Origin: Adineta vaga
Lineage: Eukaryota > Animalia > Rotifera
Direction: 5' to 3'
Length of the DNA: 64,000 nt
NCBI GenBank assembly: GCA_021613535.1
Contig: CP075493.1
Coordinates: forward strand, 12,276,001-12,340,000
Part shown: positions 24,328-36,525 of the stretch, piece by piece
Numbering within the stretch: position 1 is the stretch's first letter
Layout of the letters: every line of letters starts with the position of its first letter
Program-made: the position numbers and the translations under genes
The notes under the pieces: model-generated
Database searches by the model: none
Told to the model about the DNA's origin: nothing
Seen by the model: the letters and a program-made list of their open reading frames with translations, nothing else

Positions 24328-27300
24328 ATGTTATTATTATATCTATTCACTTTCTTCGAACTGAGATCAATGACTGTATCTCAATTCAATTTCTATTATA
24401 CACAAAATGATTCCGATCGATATTGTTTGTTATTATTTGACGATAATATGAGAAATCTTCAACAACCTATAGGCGAAACGTCCATTTCTATACATCATAT
24501 TTTACCGTATTGTCTTCGATTAAAAGAAGAAGAAGATTATATCACAGTATTTGGTGACCTACAGAATGTTACTGTACCTAGTTTTACCTTTATTGAATTG
24601 AAAGAGAGAAATATTACGAGTGAAATGTTACTTTCTTGGTCGTCTACCATTGATCTAGCAGAGGAATACGAAATATTTTTAATGAATGAATCATCATCAT
24701 TATTAAATATTAAAACGTTCTACAATTGCACGTCATTTTGGTTTGGACCATTTTGTCGTTTCAAGTTCGATTATAGTACCAGTCAATCATTCTATAATGT
24801 TGTCAGAATCAGTTTTAGGACAAAACGTGTAATAAGTAATAAACTGTCGAAAGTACCATGTTATGTACATTTATCTTGTAAAACATATTTATCATGCTTG
24901 GATTGGCGAGAAATTTGTGATGGAAATAGCGACTGTATGGACGGAGAAGATGAACAGAACTGTTGGCAATTAGAAGTTAACCAATGCACCTATGAAGAAT
25001 ACCGGTGCCATAATGGACAATGTATTCCAATGGAATTTGTTCGTGATGCTATAGGATATTCAGATTGTTTCGATCAAACAGATGAACCAGTAAAATTAAT
25101 TAAACCTGAGTGTTATTTATCACCTAGTTTTTTGTGCGAAAAACGTACGTATCGATCGATCGCCCTCGATTTTTCTTGTACTGATGGTGAATATACGGAT
25201 GGATTGACGACGTGTAACAATGGTTACTCGAGCTTTTTGACAGATGATTTTTGTTCCGAAGCTATGCGTTGTCTTATGGATCTCGGTTATGTGCCAGGTT
25301 CGTTCTGTATTCGTTGTAAACATAGCAATTGTATAAAAAAGAATTGCCCTATTTTATTTGAATTTCGTGCTATTCCTCCTATTTTCGGACACATTCGTCT
25401 ATTGTTTTCGAATACGATATCATGGTATGATACTAATCCTCTTCCTCTTTATTTATGCTATGATGATAAACTATGCGAAAATATTTTTCCAGATATAGAA
25501 TATATCGATAATTTTACTTGTCATCGGTTAAATCTGTCAGAACTGGGAGAAACAAGATCATATATAACTTTTAGAGGTCTAGTATACCTTATTAAAAATC
25601 GATTTCGTAGCTGTTTACTCATACAAAATGAATATCACTACTGTAATTATTCATCAATGTATCAGTGTAAAAATTCAAGAAAGTGTATTGCAAACCAACG
25701 ATTGATGGATGGTTTTCGAGATTGCCGAGAAAATGATGATGAAGAATATAAACAAAGTTGTTTACTTGCCGATGTTCAACACCGTTTTCGATGCTCAGAT
25801 GATGAAAGCAAGTGTTTTTCATCAATAGTCGTTAACGATGGATTGCACAATTGCGAATTTATTGATGATGATGAACATACATCATTAGAACGATACAACT
25901 TGAAACATATTGATTTTTTAAACATTTGCGATGGCAAAACTAATTTATTTCCTATAAAATTTGAAGACCACTATGAAACTGATGAAACAAATTGTGAATA
26001 TTGGCCGTGTAACAATATTTACACACGATGTAATAAAATATGGAATTGTCCTAATGCAATCGATGAAATGTATTGCTTCCATTCTTTAATTTCTACGTTT
26101 GAAAATAGCTGCTTATTCCCCAATATTATACAAAACGAAATTTGTCCTTCAGTCAATCAAACTGATAAACAATACATTCATCAGACGTATTCAAATGATG
26201 GAAATTTTGGGTACAATCACTGTTGGAATGATACGACATATATGCCCTACATTACGTTTTGCGACAGGAGTTCACCATCTTCTGTTTATTGAATGGTAGC
26301 ACTGAACGGTGTACTGATAATCTATATTCACTTTACACCTATCATGTAAATATACGTTGAATATTGGTGAAAAGTCACAATATATCTTCTGTGTTTATCG
26401 TGATCTATACAAATCAGAACCACGGATGTACTTTAAGTTGAGTAATATGTCAAATGATCAATTACAGTTAACAAATCTAAACACTTTCAATCGACAAACG
26501 ATTACAAGAAGAATTCGTTCGATCGATAAAACTCCTATTATTTATTATTCATCGGATGATGCTTGGCGATGTAATCGAGGTATTTCTATACGTATTCAAA
26601 CAGATGTTAATAGAAGTCGTTTATATTGTCTTTGTCCTCCAAGTTATTATGGCGATGAATGTCAATATCAAAATCAACGCGTTAGTATAACTGTTCAAAT
26701 TCGAGTTTCATCAAATTGGAGAAATCTTTACGTGTTTCTTTTAACTTTAATCGATCACGAAAGAAATATTGAATCTTACGATTATATTGAATATTTACCT
26801 ATTCGTGATTGTGATACGAGATATAATACTTACTTACTTTATTCTTCTCGACCAAAAAATTTTTCAAAAACTTATTCCGTTCAAATTACTGCGTATGATC
26901 AAACAAAATTAACGCATCGAACAAGTTGGATTTTTCCGTTACAGTTTAGTTTTCTTCCTGTTTATAGTTTGCCTGTTTTCTTGAAAATGTCTACATTGCT
27001 AATCGAATCTGCAAACAAACAATGTTCACCTTCATGTATTCATGGTCAATGTCTTTCGTACATCAACAATCAAAGTTTAACATACTGTCATTGTGAATCT
27101 AGTTGGTCTGGTATTCAATGTAACGTAAAACATAAATGCAATTGTGCATTAGGCTCGTTGTGCATAAGCGATACGATATGCTTATGTTCATCGGGTCGTT
27201 TTGGTCGTCGATGTTATTTAGTTCAAATGACATGCCAAACTCAACCATGTTTGAATGGTGGACAATGCATTGTAGAAGATGTACGTTATAACGATGCGAA

Positions 27301-28915
27301 TCAAAATCGATCGATATGTATTTGTCTTGAAGGTTATACAGGAGATCGTTGTCAATATCAACAGAACCAAACTGAAATTCAGTTATTATTCGATAACTTG
27401 AAAACTATACCATCGTTTGCGTTCGTTCATCTGATTTTGGTTCGAAAAGATGCTACACCCAAACGAATAACATTAATGAAAAAAATTCGATTTGATGAGT
27501 ATTCAATAAAACTGACAACTTCAATTCCATTTCATATAGCATTTGTACAAATCTTTGTCGACGAGTATTATTTAATTATTGTTCGTGAGAATGTAATTAT
27601 ATCCGAACAAATCTCAACAAAATTCCTTTCCTCTTCTCGATGTCGATCAATTACTGAATTATTTGATGAGAAGTTTTCAAAACAGCATTTAATCAAACGA
27701 ATCAAATATTATCATATTCCATGTCGAGAGATTATCGAATTAAATTGTTTTTATGATGAGGTTCATCTCTGTTTGTGTACTAATGATAGACAAGCAAATT
27801 GTTTCGAATTTGATTATAATAAGACATATGATTGTGATGGGACAAACATTTGTGAACATAGTGGAAAGTGTTTTCTTGATGATGATCATTGTCCAACCTC
27901 ATCGGTTTGTACTTGTCCAAATTGTTTTTTTGGATCGAAATGTCAATATTCAACACAAGGATCAACACTTTCCTTGGATATTATTCTAGGTTATCATATT
28001 CGTCCAAATCTTCTATTTTATCAACAACGAATCATTGTCAAAATTGCGCTTATATTAATGTCATTCATATTTGTTTTTGGTGTAATCAATAGTTTTCTTT
28101 CGTTTCAAACGTTTCGACAAGAACAAGTTCAAAATGTTGGCTGTGGTCTTTATCTCTATACATCATCAATTATATCTATGATGATAATTTTATTCTTAAC
28201 ATTGAAATTTTCCTTTCTATTAATTATACAAATGAATTTCGTTTCGAATCGTACGTTCTATTACATTCAATGTTTATCGATTGACTTTATACTTCGATCT
28301 CTTGTATGTACTACAGATTGGCTCAGTGCATTCGTTGCTTTAGAACGAGCCATAAATGCAATGATGGGAGTTACATTTAATAAAATGAAAAGTAAACAAA
28401 TGGCTAAAAGAATTATATGGTTGATCCTAATTTTCTCTAGTATTTCGTTTATGTATGATCCACTTCATCGTGATTTGAGTACTGATGAAGAAGAAGAACA
28501 TACATGGTGTGTTACGAAATATTCATCAACGATGCGAATAATTGATCGAATTATGAATATTTTTCATTTTTCCATACCGTTTCTAATCAATTTACTTTCT
28601 GCAATAGTGATTATCTTTACTGTCGCTCGTACACGTTCACAATCTCAAAAAACGAAATCATACGAAGAACATTTATGTTCACAAATTCAATATCATAAAC
28701 ATTTACTCATTTCACCATTTCTTCTTATTCTATTAGCTATTCCTCGTTTAATTATATCATTCGTATCTAGCTGCATGCAATCTGCTCGTAATGCATGGTT
28801 TTATCTTTTTGGATATTTTATTTCATTTATTCCATCGATGTTAGCATTTGAAATATTCGTTTTACCATCTGAGATGTATAGAAAAGAATTCAAAAAGTGG
28901 ACTAGCCGTCGATAA
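24328..28915 (+). CDS. LDLa- and EGF-repeat-containing 7TM receptor (frame break at about 26270-26357)
   Basis: LDLa repeats (CDGNSDCMDGEDE etc.), several EGF repeats, and a C-terminal rhodopsin-type 7TM with VALERA. Confidence 0.85.
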
Positions 28916-29030
28916 TACGCATATAATATGCGGATAAGATTGTACGCTTCTCTTTCATCAAATGACATTTAGAGACATCAGTCTTACTCTATCAATACAT
29001 ATCTAAGAAAAGATGAAAATTTTCATTCCT

Positions 29031-29086
29031 AGGGTGGGTGTGGGTGTGGGTGTGGGGATGAGGGTGAGGGATGGATGTGTGTGTGT
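29031..29086 (+). repeat. Interstitial telomere-like repeats (TGTGGG/TGAGGG) grading into (GT)n
   Basis: Sequence reads agggtgggtgtgggtgtgggtgtggggatgagggtgaggg. Confidence 0.75.
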
Positions 29087-29784
29087 CACTGTTGAGTCCG
29101 AAAGTGGGAGATTTATAAATCGATTTATTTATATTGATTTATAAATCATAAATTTTTCAATCAAAAATTTATAATAGTTATAAATATTTTTGGTATTTAT
29201 AAATTGGGTCTATTTATAAATCTATTTTTAGTTTATAAACGTTTAAATCATTTATAAACATTCGATTGGTTTATAAATCCGGTCCGTTTATAAATCTATT
29301 TGTGGTTTATAAATATATGAACGATTTATAAATCTATTTATATTTATAAATGTATCTTTAGTTTATAAATATCTGAATGATTTATAAATATTTCTTCGAT
29401 TTATAAATCTCGATCCGATTTATAAACATTTTAAATTTTTGCAATTTTTGACAAAATAGTTTCGGACTCAACGGTGATGAAATTTAATAAGAGTACGAAA
29501 CAAATCGATCTAATAGGCGAATAAAAGAAAAAACAAATGAATTAAGATATAGTGAATAAGTTATGTTTACCGTTTTCGATATAAACATATCAGAAAAAAA
29601 TATATAGATGCATACGTGTAAACATCCTCATGATAGAATATGATTTTATCACATTTAAAAGTACTATTTTCGCCAGTTCATACTAGACTTTTAAAAGACT
29701 TTGAATCTCGACCCAATTTATAAATCTCGACCCGGTTTATAAACATTTTAAATTTTTGACAAAATAATTTCGGACTCAACAGTG
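29087..29784. mobile_element. Non-autonomous TIR element with CACTG termini (CMC/CACTA-like), duplicated right end
   Basis: 17-bp TIR CACTGTTGAGTCCGAAA at 29087-29103 has a perfect inverse at 29768-29784 and a 1-mismatch inverse at 29460-29476. Inserted in a (GT)n tract; internal TTTATAAA array. Confidence 0.8.
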
Positions 29785-29925
29785 GTGTGTGTAGGTGTGG
29801 ATCAGTGAAGACGAGGTTGAGGGTGTCAGTAATTAATTGATACAATAATCTCACTCTTGCCCATACCCAAACCCACACATCCTCAAGATGTATGCGAGGA
29901 TCGAGGGATGTGATAGAAAGACGAA

Positions 29926-30185
29926 TACTGATAAAAATACCATAATTTACTGAACAAAGAAAATTTTATACTGATATCTTAATTATTTTACTGATCAAAT
30001 GATTAAATTGCCGATCAAAAAATATATATCTACTGATCAGAATTAAATAATATACTGATCATATTTTGATATGTTTACTGGTATTTCGAATAATTTACTG
30101 ATCAAAAAACATATTTTTACTGATCAAAAACTACTGATCATTTGATGAAAAAAATACTGATCATTCACAATAAAATACTGATCAT
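29926..30185 (+). repeat. Array of about 13 TACTGATCA-like motifs with variable AT-rich spacers
   Basis: Repeated tttactgatca/atactgatca and close variants at roughly 15-30 bp spacing. Confidence 0.75.
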
Positions 30186-30371
30186 TTAAATACAAACCTG
30201 TATATATGACTAGCGGAGGTACCTGATGGATAGAAAATGTGCTTGAAATTTTGTATCTTCTACATGATTTTATGATATTTGAAAATTTACAATAAATTTT
30301 ATTTTCACTCCTTTTTCGAACATAATAAATATAGTTAAACTATGACGTTTTATATCTTATTCATTTGCATC

Positions 30372-30925
30372 TTAGTATTTGTTTTCGATCGCTTGTCGAT
30401 ATGTTGGTAGTATGTCTGCTCTTGGATCAGCAAACGTACGTTGGACTAAGAGTTTCTAATTGTTGTAAAGTCGGCTGCAATTCATTCTGCATAATCATTT
30501 GAGATGATAGATAATACTGATTATGTTGTTGTTGTTGTTGACGTCGTCGTCGACGATAGTAACAACACATAGTTAACCCCAAAGAAGCAATGAACGTCAC
30601 ACAACTCCGATCACGATATAAATTGTCATGTTAGTAGCACTCTTTTTTCCATATGGGGAATCCTTGCAAAACCCATATTTTTCTCCACATATTTTTCCTC
30701 CTAAATATACAATAGTTTATTAGTGGTTATATTATAGTTATCTACCTGAACATGTCCACGTTTTAGAACCCAAAGTACATTTCCAATCTATTTCAAACAA
30801 AAGATCAGATTTTTATTCAGAAATATTAAAGCATCTTACAGGAATTTGTGAGAGCGTTTGCATGTTTATTCAATTGCAAGGAATATAGAAGAACTAAACA
30901 ATGAATAAATCGACCAGACAATCAT
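30372..30925 (-). pseudogene. Small type-I membrane protein with Cys-containing ectodomain and LPTY motif (3 exons, frame-disrupted)
   Basis: Spliced reading gives a signal-like RFIHCLVLLYSL, WKCTLGSKTWTCSGGKICGEKYGFC, a TM segment, CCYYRRRRRQQQQ and ILPTYRQAIENKY*. Several frameshifts are needed. Confidence 0.5.
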
Positions 30926-31312
30926 GAACAATTCTTTGAAGAAGAATAACAAGATCTAAGATTTGCTTTTCTATTCTTTAAAAAATCATGCAAATCTTGT
31001 TCATGATAACAATATTGATTAAATACGTGCATATGCAATCCGTCATAATATTTATAGTCGTATTATTAAATATAATGCTGAGAATTTTGTCTTAGTAATT
31101 TTGTTTAAATCATGCCAAACTATAGACAATATTTCTCGTCAAAAACTCCTAATAGAATAAGTTAATAGGAACAAAAATTAGTTCATTAATCAATATATTA
31201 CTAATGCAGTAAGTGTAATTACACAATATTATGTATGCATTTTCTTTTCTGTCTCCATGTGTCATCATTCATTTTCTTTTACAATCTCACACACCTGCAC
31301 TATAGCTACATA

Positions 31313-32053
31313 ATGACGACTTTTGGTGGAAAAATTATCAAACGTGACGTACGTCTACCAAATTCTACTGATGAAGATAAATTAGCTTTTATTATATTTA
31401 ATATCTTTACTCCTGATGAATGTCAACGATGGATTGAATTGAGTGAACAACGTGATTATAGTTCAGCTACAGTAAATGTGGGTAATAATAAGTTGGTATT
31501 GATGCAAGATTTTCGAAATAGTGATCGTTGTATTATTGATGATGTGACAATGGCAAATATTCTTTTTCAACGAATCGAACCATTTCTTCCTAAAACATGG
31601 AAAAATTATCAATTAGTTGGACTTAATGAACGTCTACGATTTCTTCGGTATGAACCGGGACAATTTTTTGAAGCTCATATGGGTAATTGAATTCATTAGA
31701 AAACAAATTCGATTGATTAGTTCTTTTCGTCTGTTTGATAGATGGTGAATATCATCGTGATGATGGATCGGGCGAACAAAGTTTCATTGTATGTATTCAA
31801 AATTCGAAAAGAGCAACTTAATCTTTTTCTTTTTTCTTAATAGACTGTTCAACTCTATTTAAATGAAGGTTATAAAGGTGGTGAAACAACTTTTATTCAT
31901 TATTCAGATCCGACTAGAAATGTTCCATGTGTACCACGTACAGGAATGGTACTTGTATTTGAACATCGTCTTCTACATGAAGGTTCAAAATTGATCGAAG
32001 GTCGTAAATATACTGTCCGTACAGATGTTATGTATCGACCAAAAATACGATAG
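31313..32053 (+). CDS. Prolyl-4-hydroxylase-like 2OG-Fe(II) oxygenase (3 exons)
   Basis: LNERLRFLRY, HMD, LYLNEGYKGGET, LHEG and GRKYTVRTDVMY. Introns 31683-31741 and 31789-31843. Confidence 0.9.
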
Positions 32054-32493
32054 ATTTTATATATATACATGATTCATTCTATTTTATACACGAAATACAT
32101 AAGCAAGTTATTTCATCATGATGATGATTTTGTTGAAATCTTTTTTTTTCCTTTCGCTTTCTCTAAAACAAAGTAAAAGCAATCATATACAGACACGTGT
32201 TATAAAACTATTGAATTTGACACTCTGTCACTAGTTATTGTTTTTCAAGTTCGATTGCATCATAATTGTTTAATGGAATAATGAAAACATTAACACCTTG
32301 AATATCATTAGATAATTAGTTCTCCTTTCATCGAACATAAACATTCTCATCATCTGTTGTCATCTATTTGTCACACCAATAAACATATGTAACACATGTT
32401 GTATATATAAATATGCACAACGACAAGAACGATCATTCTATCGTTTGGACATTCTCTCTACACACTTAACAATTGTTCAATTTTCGACGTGAA

Positions 32494-32801
32494 ATGAAAA
32501 TGTTTGGCATCAATCGTACTCTTGTTGTATTTTGTCTTGTTTTGATCATTTGTCTCGGTAATTATTGTAGTTTTTCATACTTCAAATTCTGATAATCTAT
32601 CCTTTCTTATTTACAGCTACAACGACAAATGGAGTAAACAGTTATGATGGCAATCAAGGAGGACAAGGTCGAAATGCTGGAAGGAAAAATATCAAAATGA
32701 ACAGAGGTGAACGCTGCATTCCTATCGACTGTGGTTTAGATTGTACTAAAAAAGGTTTTACTGGCAGTCGATGTAATGGAAATCGTTGTATTTGTCTTTA
32801 A
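32494..32801 (+). CDS. CS-alpha-beta defensin-like precursor, 82 aa (2 exons)
   Basis: Signal exon 32494-32557, phase-1 intron 32558-32616, C-terminal CIPIDCGLDCTKKGFTGSRCNGNRCICL* (C-x4-C-x3-C-x9-C-x4-C-x-C). Confidence 0.85.
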
Positions 32802-32994
32802 TCAATCAGAAATCAAACTAACTTGATATATAATCTAGCAATTATTCTTTATCTTAATGTTCTTTTGACTTTATACTGATAAAGAAGTATTCTTTTCGAA
32901 ATAATCTCGTATTGAGATGGTTATATCGTATGATATGAGAAATGTAAAAGAGTTAGTATTTATCAGATTCAAGAAGAAAACCCTTTTCCGGGAA

Positions 32995-34844
32995 TTAATC
33001 ATTCCACCATAAATAAAAGTTTCTATCGATAACTTTGATAGAATAATCATTGAAAACTTCGTGTGCTTCAATTTGCTCCTTCCAATATTTAATCCAATAT
33101 TCAGTTGCTCTTCGAATACATAATGAAAATAGATGACGAGTTGCTTGATTAATTTCGGATAGAAGATAGTGAACTGTCGCGTCAAGCGATCGATTAGAAT
33201 AACCAAGTGAAATATATTGAATGCGAGGACAAAGATGAACTAAAACTTCCATCATTTTCTTCGTATAATCATGTTGAAGAATTATCGTTTTCACTTGATT
33301 CCGTGTCGATACTAATTGGTAATCTTTAGTTTTTTGTAACGTGAGCAAGTTTCTTGGAGCATGTTTGATCGATATCCATGTGACTGTATGCACATTTGGT
33401 GTAACTTTGAGTAGCTTGATGAATATACCAAATTGGTGGGAAATATCATACATAGTTAACTTGGTCAATTGCACCAGAGGAAGTATACGTTGAAGATTTG
33501 AGACTAGGTATGAATCTCTTTCCATACTATTGCTAGCCGAAAGAGTTAGTTTAGTTGTGTTTGGAAAATATTTCAAACAAGAAAGAAGAATAGTTGCATT
33601 GGGAATTATAACATGTTTCATGTAATAAGGATCAGGTGCTGCATGACATTGAAATTTGGTTTCATCAATGTGTGCAGTCAATGTGAAGCTTTTGTTTCTG
33701 AAATTTAGATAAAATACTATTGACATTTATTTGTCAATATAAGTTGTTACCTTTGAGGGTGAATAGAGCAGAATATGTTATGTAAATATTCCTTTGTCAT
33801 TGGCTCGTGTGTAAAGAATCGTTGACAACTATGCGATGCTATCGAATGTGAAGAATCATAAAGATATTGATAGATTTCCGTAGTAAAACTACAGCATTTT
33901 GATGTGGTCTGATTGGTATCGAAAGCATTATAATATGGTAAATATGATAGAATAGATTTTTCCCATGTCGAATTAAAAGAATCGGATGATACAAGTAATA
34001 CGTTTATACGATGAGAATGTTTTTTGATATATTCTTCAATATTTTCAGATGTCATACGGTCTCCTGTGACTGAAAGGTGTGTTGAATCATTGAATATAAT
34101 CAGACATATCGGTATACTTCGTGTAAAGTATCGACATTGAGATCGAACTGATAAATGGCGTAATTTTGGAACATATGATAGAAGAGTATCAATGTCATTA
34201 AGATCATAATTATCTAAGATAGTAAGACGTCTGATAAGACTCGATGGATTCGTGCATATTGGTAGTGATTTCAATGAACTAAGATAACTGAAATTGATAC
34301 GACAATTTTTTAATACAGGTAATTGAAATACTAAATTATAAATTATCGTTTTGTCTGAACCATCACCAGCATAAATATGTAATGATGAGAGTTTAGGCAA
34401 AGATTTCAAAGTAGTAAGAAGACTTTCGAGACATTCCGGCTCGATCGTATTCAAAACGAGTGTTTGAAGTTGAGAACATTGTGAAATATCTGTTGTAAAG
34501 AAATCAATTATGAGTGGATTGAATAGATAAAGCGATTGAATTCGATGTTTATTTGGTGAAATAAAATCATCGTAATAATGTTGGAATGCTGTTTTTGATA
34601 ATGATGACATTTTTACTTCAATGGAAAGATTTGTATGTGAACAAAGAGATTGAAATCGTGCGTTGAGATGAAGAAAACTTTGATAAATTTGAGAAGCATC
34701 AAGATAAACGAAAATTTCATATATAATTTCATTTGCTAAATCTTCGAAATGAGTAATGGAATGTTTTGCAGAAGAAATAGATCGGAATCTTTTGCTTTCA
34801 CTAACATTGATAGTTGACTGACAGTCTCGCTTGTTTTTATTCAT
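32995..34844 (-). CDS. F-box-like / LRR-like protein (2 exons)
   Basis: F-box-like start FEDLANEIIYEIFVYLD followed by LxxLxL repeats. Intron 33698-33750. Confidence 0.8.
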
Positions 34845-35324
34845 CGTTAAAAATAAGAGATCAACTCCACTATTGACAGCATATTTTTATATAACGAAAC
34901 AACAGGAAAACAAAATTTCACCAAGTGGTGCAATAACATTCCGTACACAAAAAAACATACTTTGACAAGCACATGGTTGAAACAAAGATTAGAAAATAAT
35001 TAGTTTTCCAACAGAATACCAAAAAAAAACGGATATTACAATATGTACAAGATCGTGTAAGAGAGAAGTAGTCGATGTAGTACTTTCAGTTAAGATAACA
35101 TAGTCTTTTAATTTGATATGACTATATCTACATTATCGTGAAAAAATTCCTTTCAAGTTTCGTTCATGGAGAAAGGAAACTTTTTACCTTTTTTTGCTTC
35201 GTCATCACTCGTATACACGAGCAACTTTTTTCTGCTTCGTCATCCATTGTTTAAAACACACGATCAACAAGAGAACGTGCTTGTACTTAACAACATTATT
35301 TTTCTTTAAGATAAAAAGACGCAA

Positions 35325-36413
35325 ATGGTAAAAGTGCCAACACGTCAGTTAGGAAAAAATGGTCCTCAAGTTTCAGCAATTGGTTTTGGAGCAATGGGTT
35401 TGTCGGCATTCTATGGAACTCCTGCTGATGATGAAGAACGATTCAAGGTCATCGATCGTGCTATCGAACTTGGTTGTACTTATATTGATACTGCTGACAT
35501 ATATGGAGATAATGAAGATCTTCTTGGAAAATATTTCAAAAAATATCCAGAGCAGCGCAAAAAAGTCTGTGAAAGAAAATGAAGATTATGTGAATAAAAA
35601 ATATAATTTGAATCATTTGTGTTTTAGGTATTTCTTGCAACGAAATTTGCTGGTAATTTTGCTGATGGAAAATTTTCAGTCCGTGGTGATGCCCAATATG
35701 TTCGTGAAGCAAGTGATAGAAGTTTTAAACGTCTGGGTCTAGATTTTATCGACCTTTATTATGTACATCGTATTGATACAACTGTACCAATCGAAGAAAC
35801 AATGGGTGTTTTAAAAGAACTTGTTAATGAGGGTAAAGTCAAACATATCGGTTTGTCTGAATGTTCAAGTGAAACACTTCGACGAGCTTATGCAGTTCAT
35901 CCAATTGCTTGTGTACAAATTGAATATTCACCATTTAGTTTAGATATTGAAAAAGAAGAAATCGGACTTTTAAAAACATGTCGAGAACTTGGTGTGGGAA
36001 TTGTTTGCTATTCACCATTAGGTCGAGGAATGCTTACAGGACAAATCAAGAGTCCAGATGATTTTGAAGAAAATGATTTTCGAAGACAAGCTCCACGATT
36101 TTCAAAGGAAAATTTTCCAAAAAATCTTCGATTGGTTGATCAATTGACTGAAATAGCAAAGAAAAAGAACTGCACTTCGGGTCAATTAACATTGGCATGG
36201 ATTCTTGCTCAAGGTGAAGATTTTTTTGTCATACCAGGTACAAGTAAAATAAAAAATTTAGAAGAAAATGCAGCAGCTACTCAAATTGAATTGAACAAAG
36301 AAGATGTAGAAGAAATTCGGCAAGCTTGTGAAAAAGCTGATGTTGTAGGTGCTCGCTATCCTGATGGACGAGGTGGTGTTCTATTTGCTGATTCCGCTCC
36401 AAAGAAGCAGTAG
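35325..36413 (+). CDS. Aldo-keto reductase (YakC/AKR13-like), 2 exons
   Basis: GFGAMGLS, DTADIYG, FLATKF, IDLYYVHR, GLSE, YSPLGRG and IPGT. Intron 35565-35627. Confidence 0.93.
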
Positions 36414-36525
36414 ATTTAATCTCAATCTAAAACCTTTTTTCATTTTAAATAGCTAGTAGTGTTAGTCTTTATTGAATTTTGGAATTTTTTACTGATGGAA
36501 TAAATCGTTTTTAAAAACAAAATAG

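Noticed and set aside
29678-29878. ORF MWVWVWARV...
   Set aside because: It is a translation of telomere-like repeats and the TIR element end.
29112-30185. Repeat-spacer arrays as a CRISPR-like locus
   Set aside because: Repeats are only 8-9 bp with spacers of about 10-20 bp, there are no cas genes, the context is eukaryotic, and the first array lies inside TIRs.
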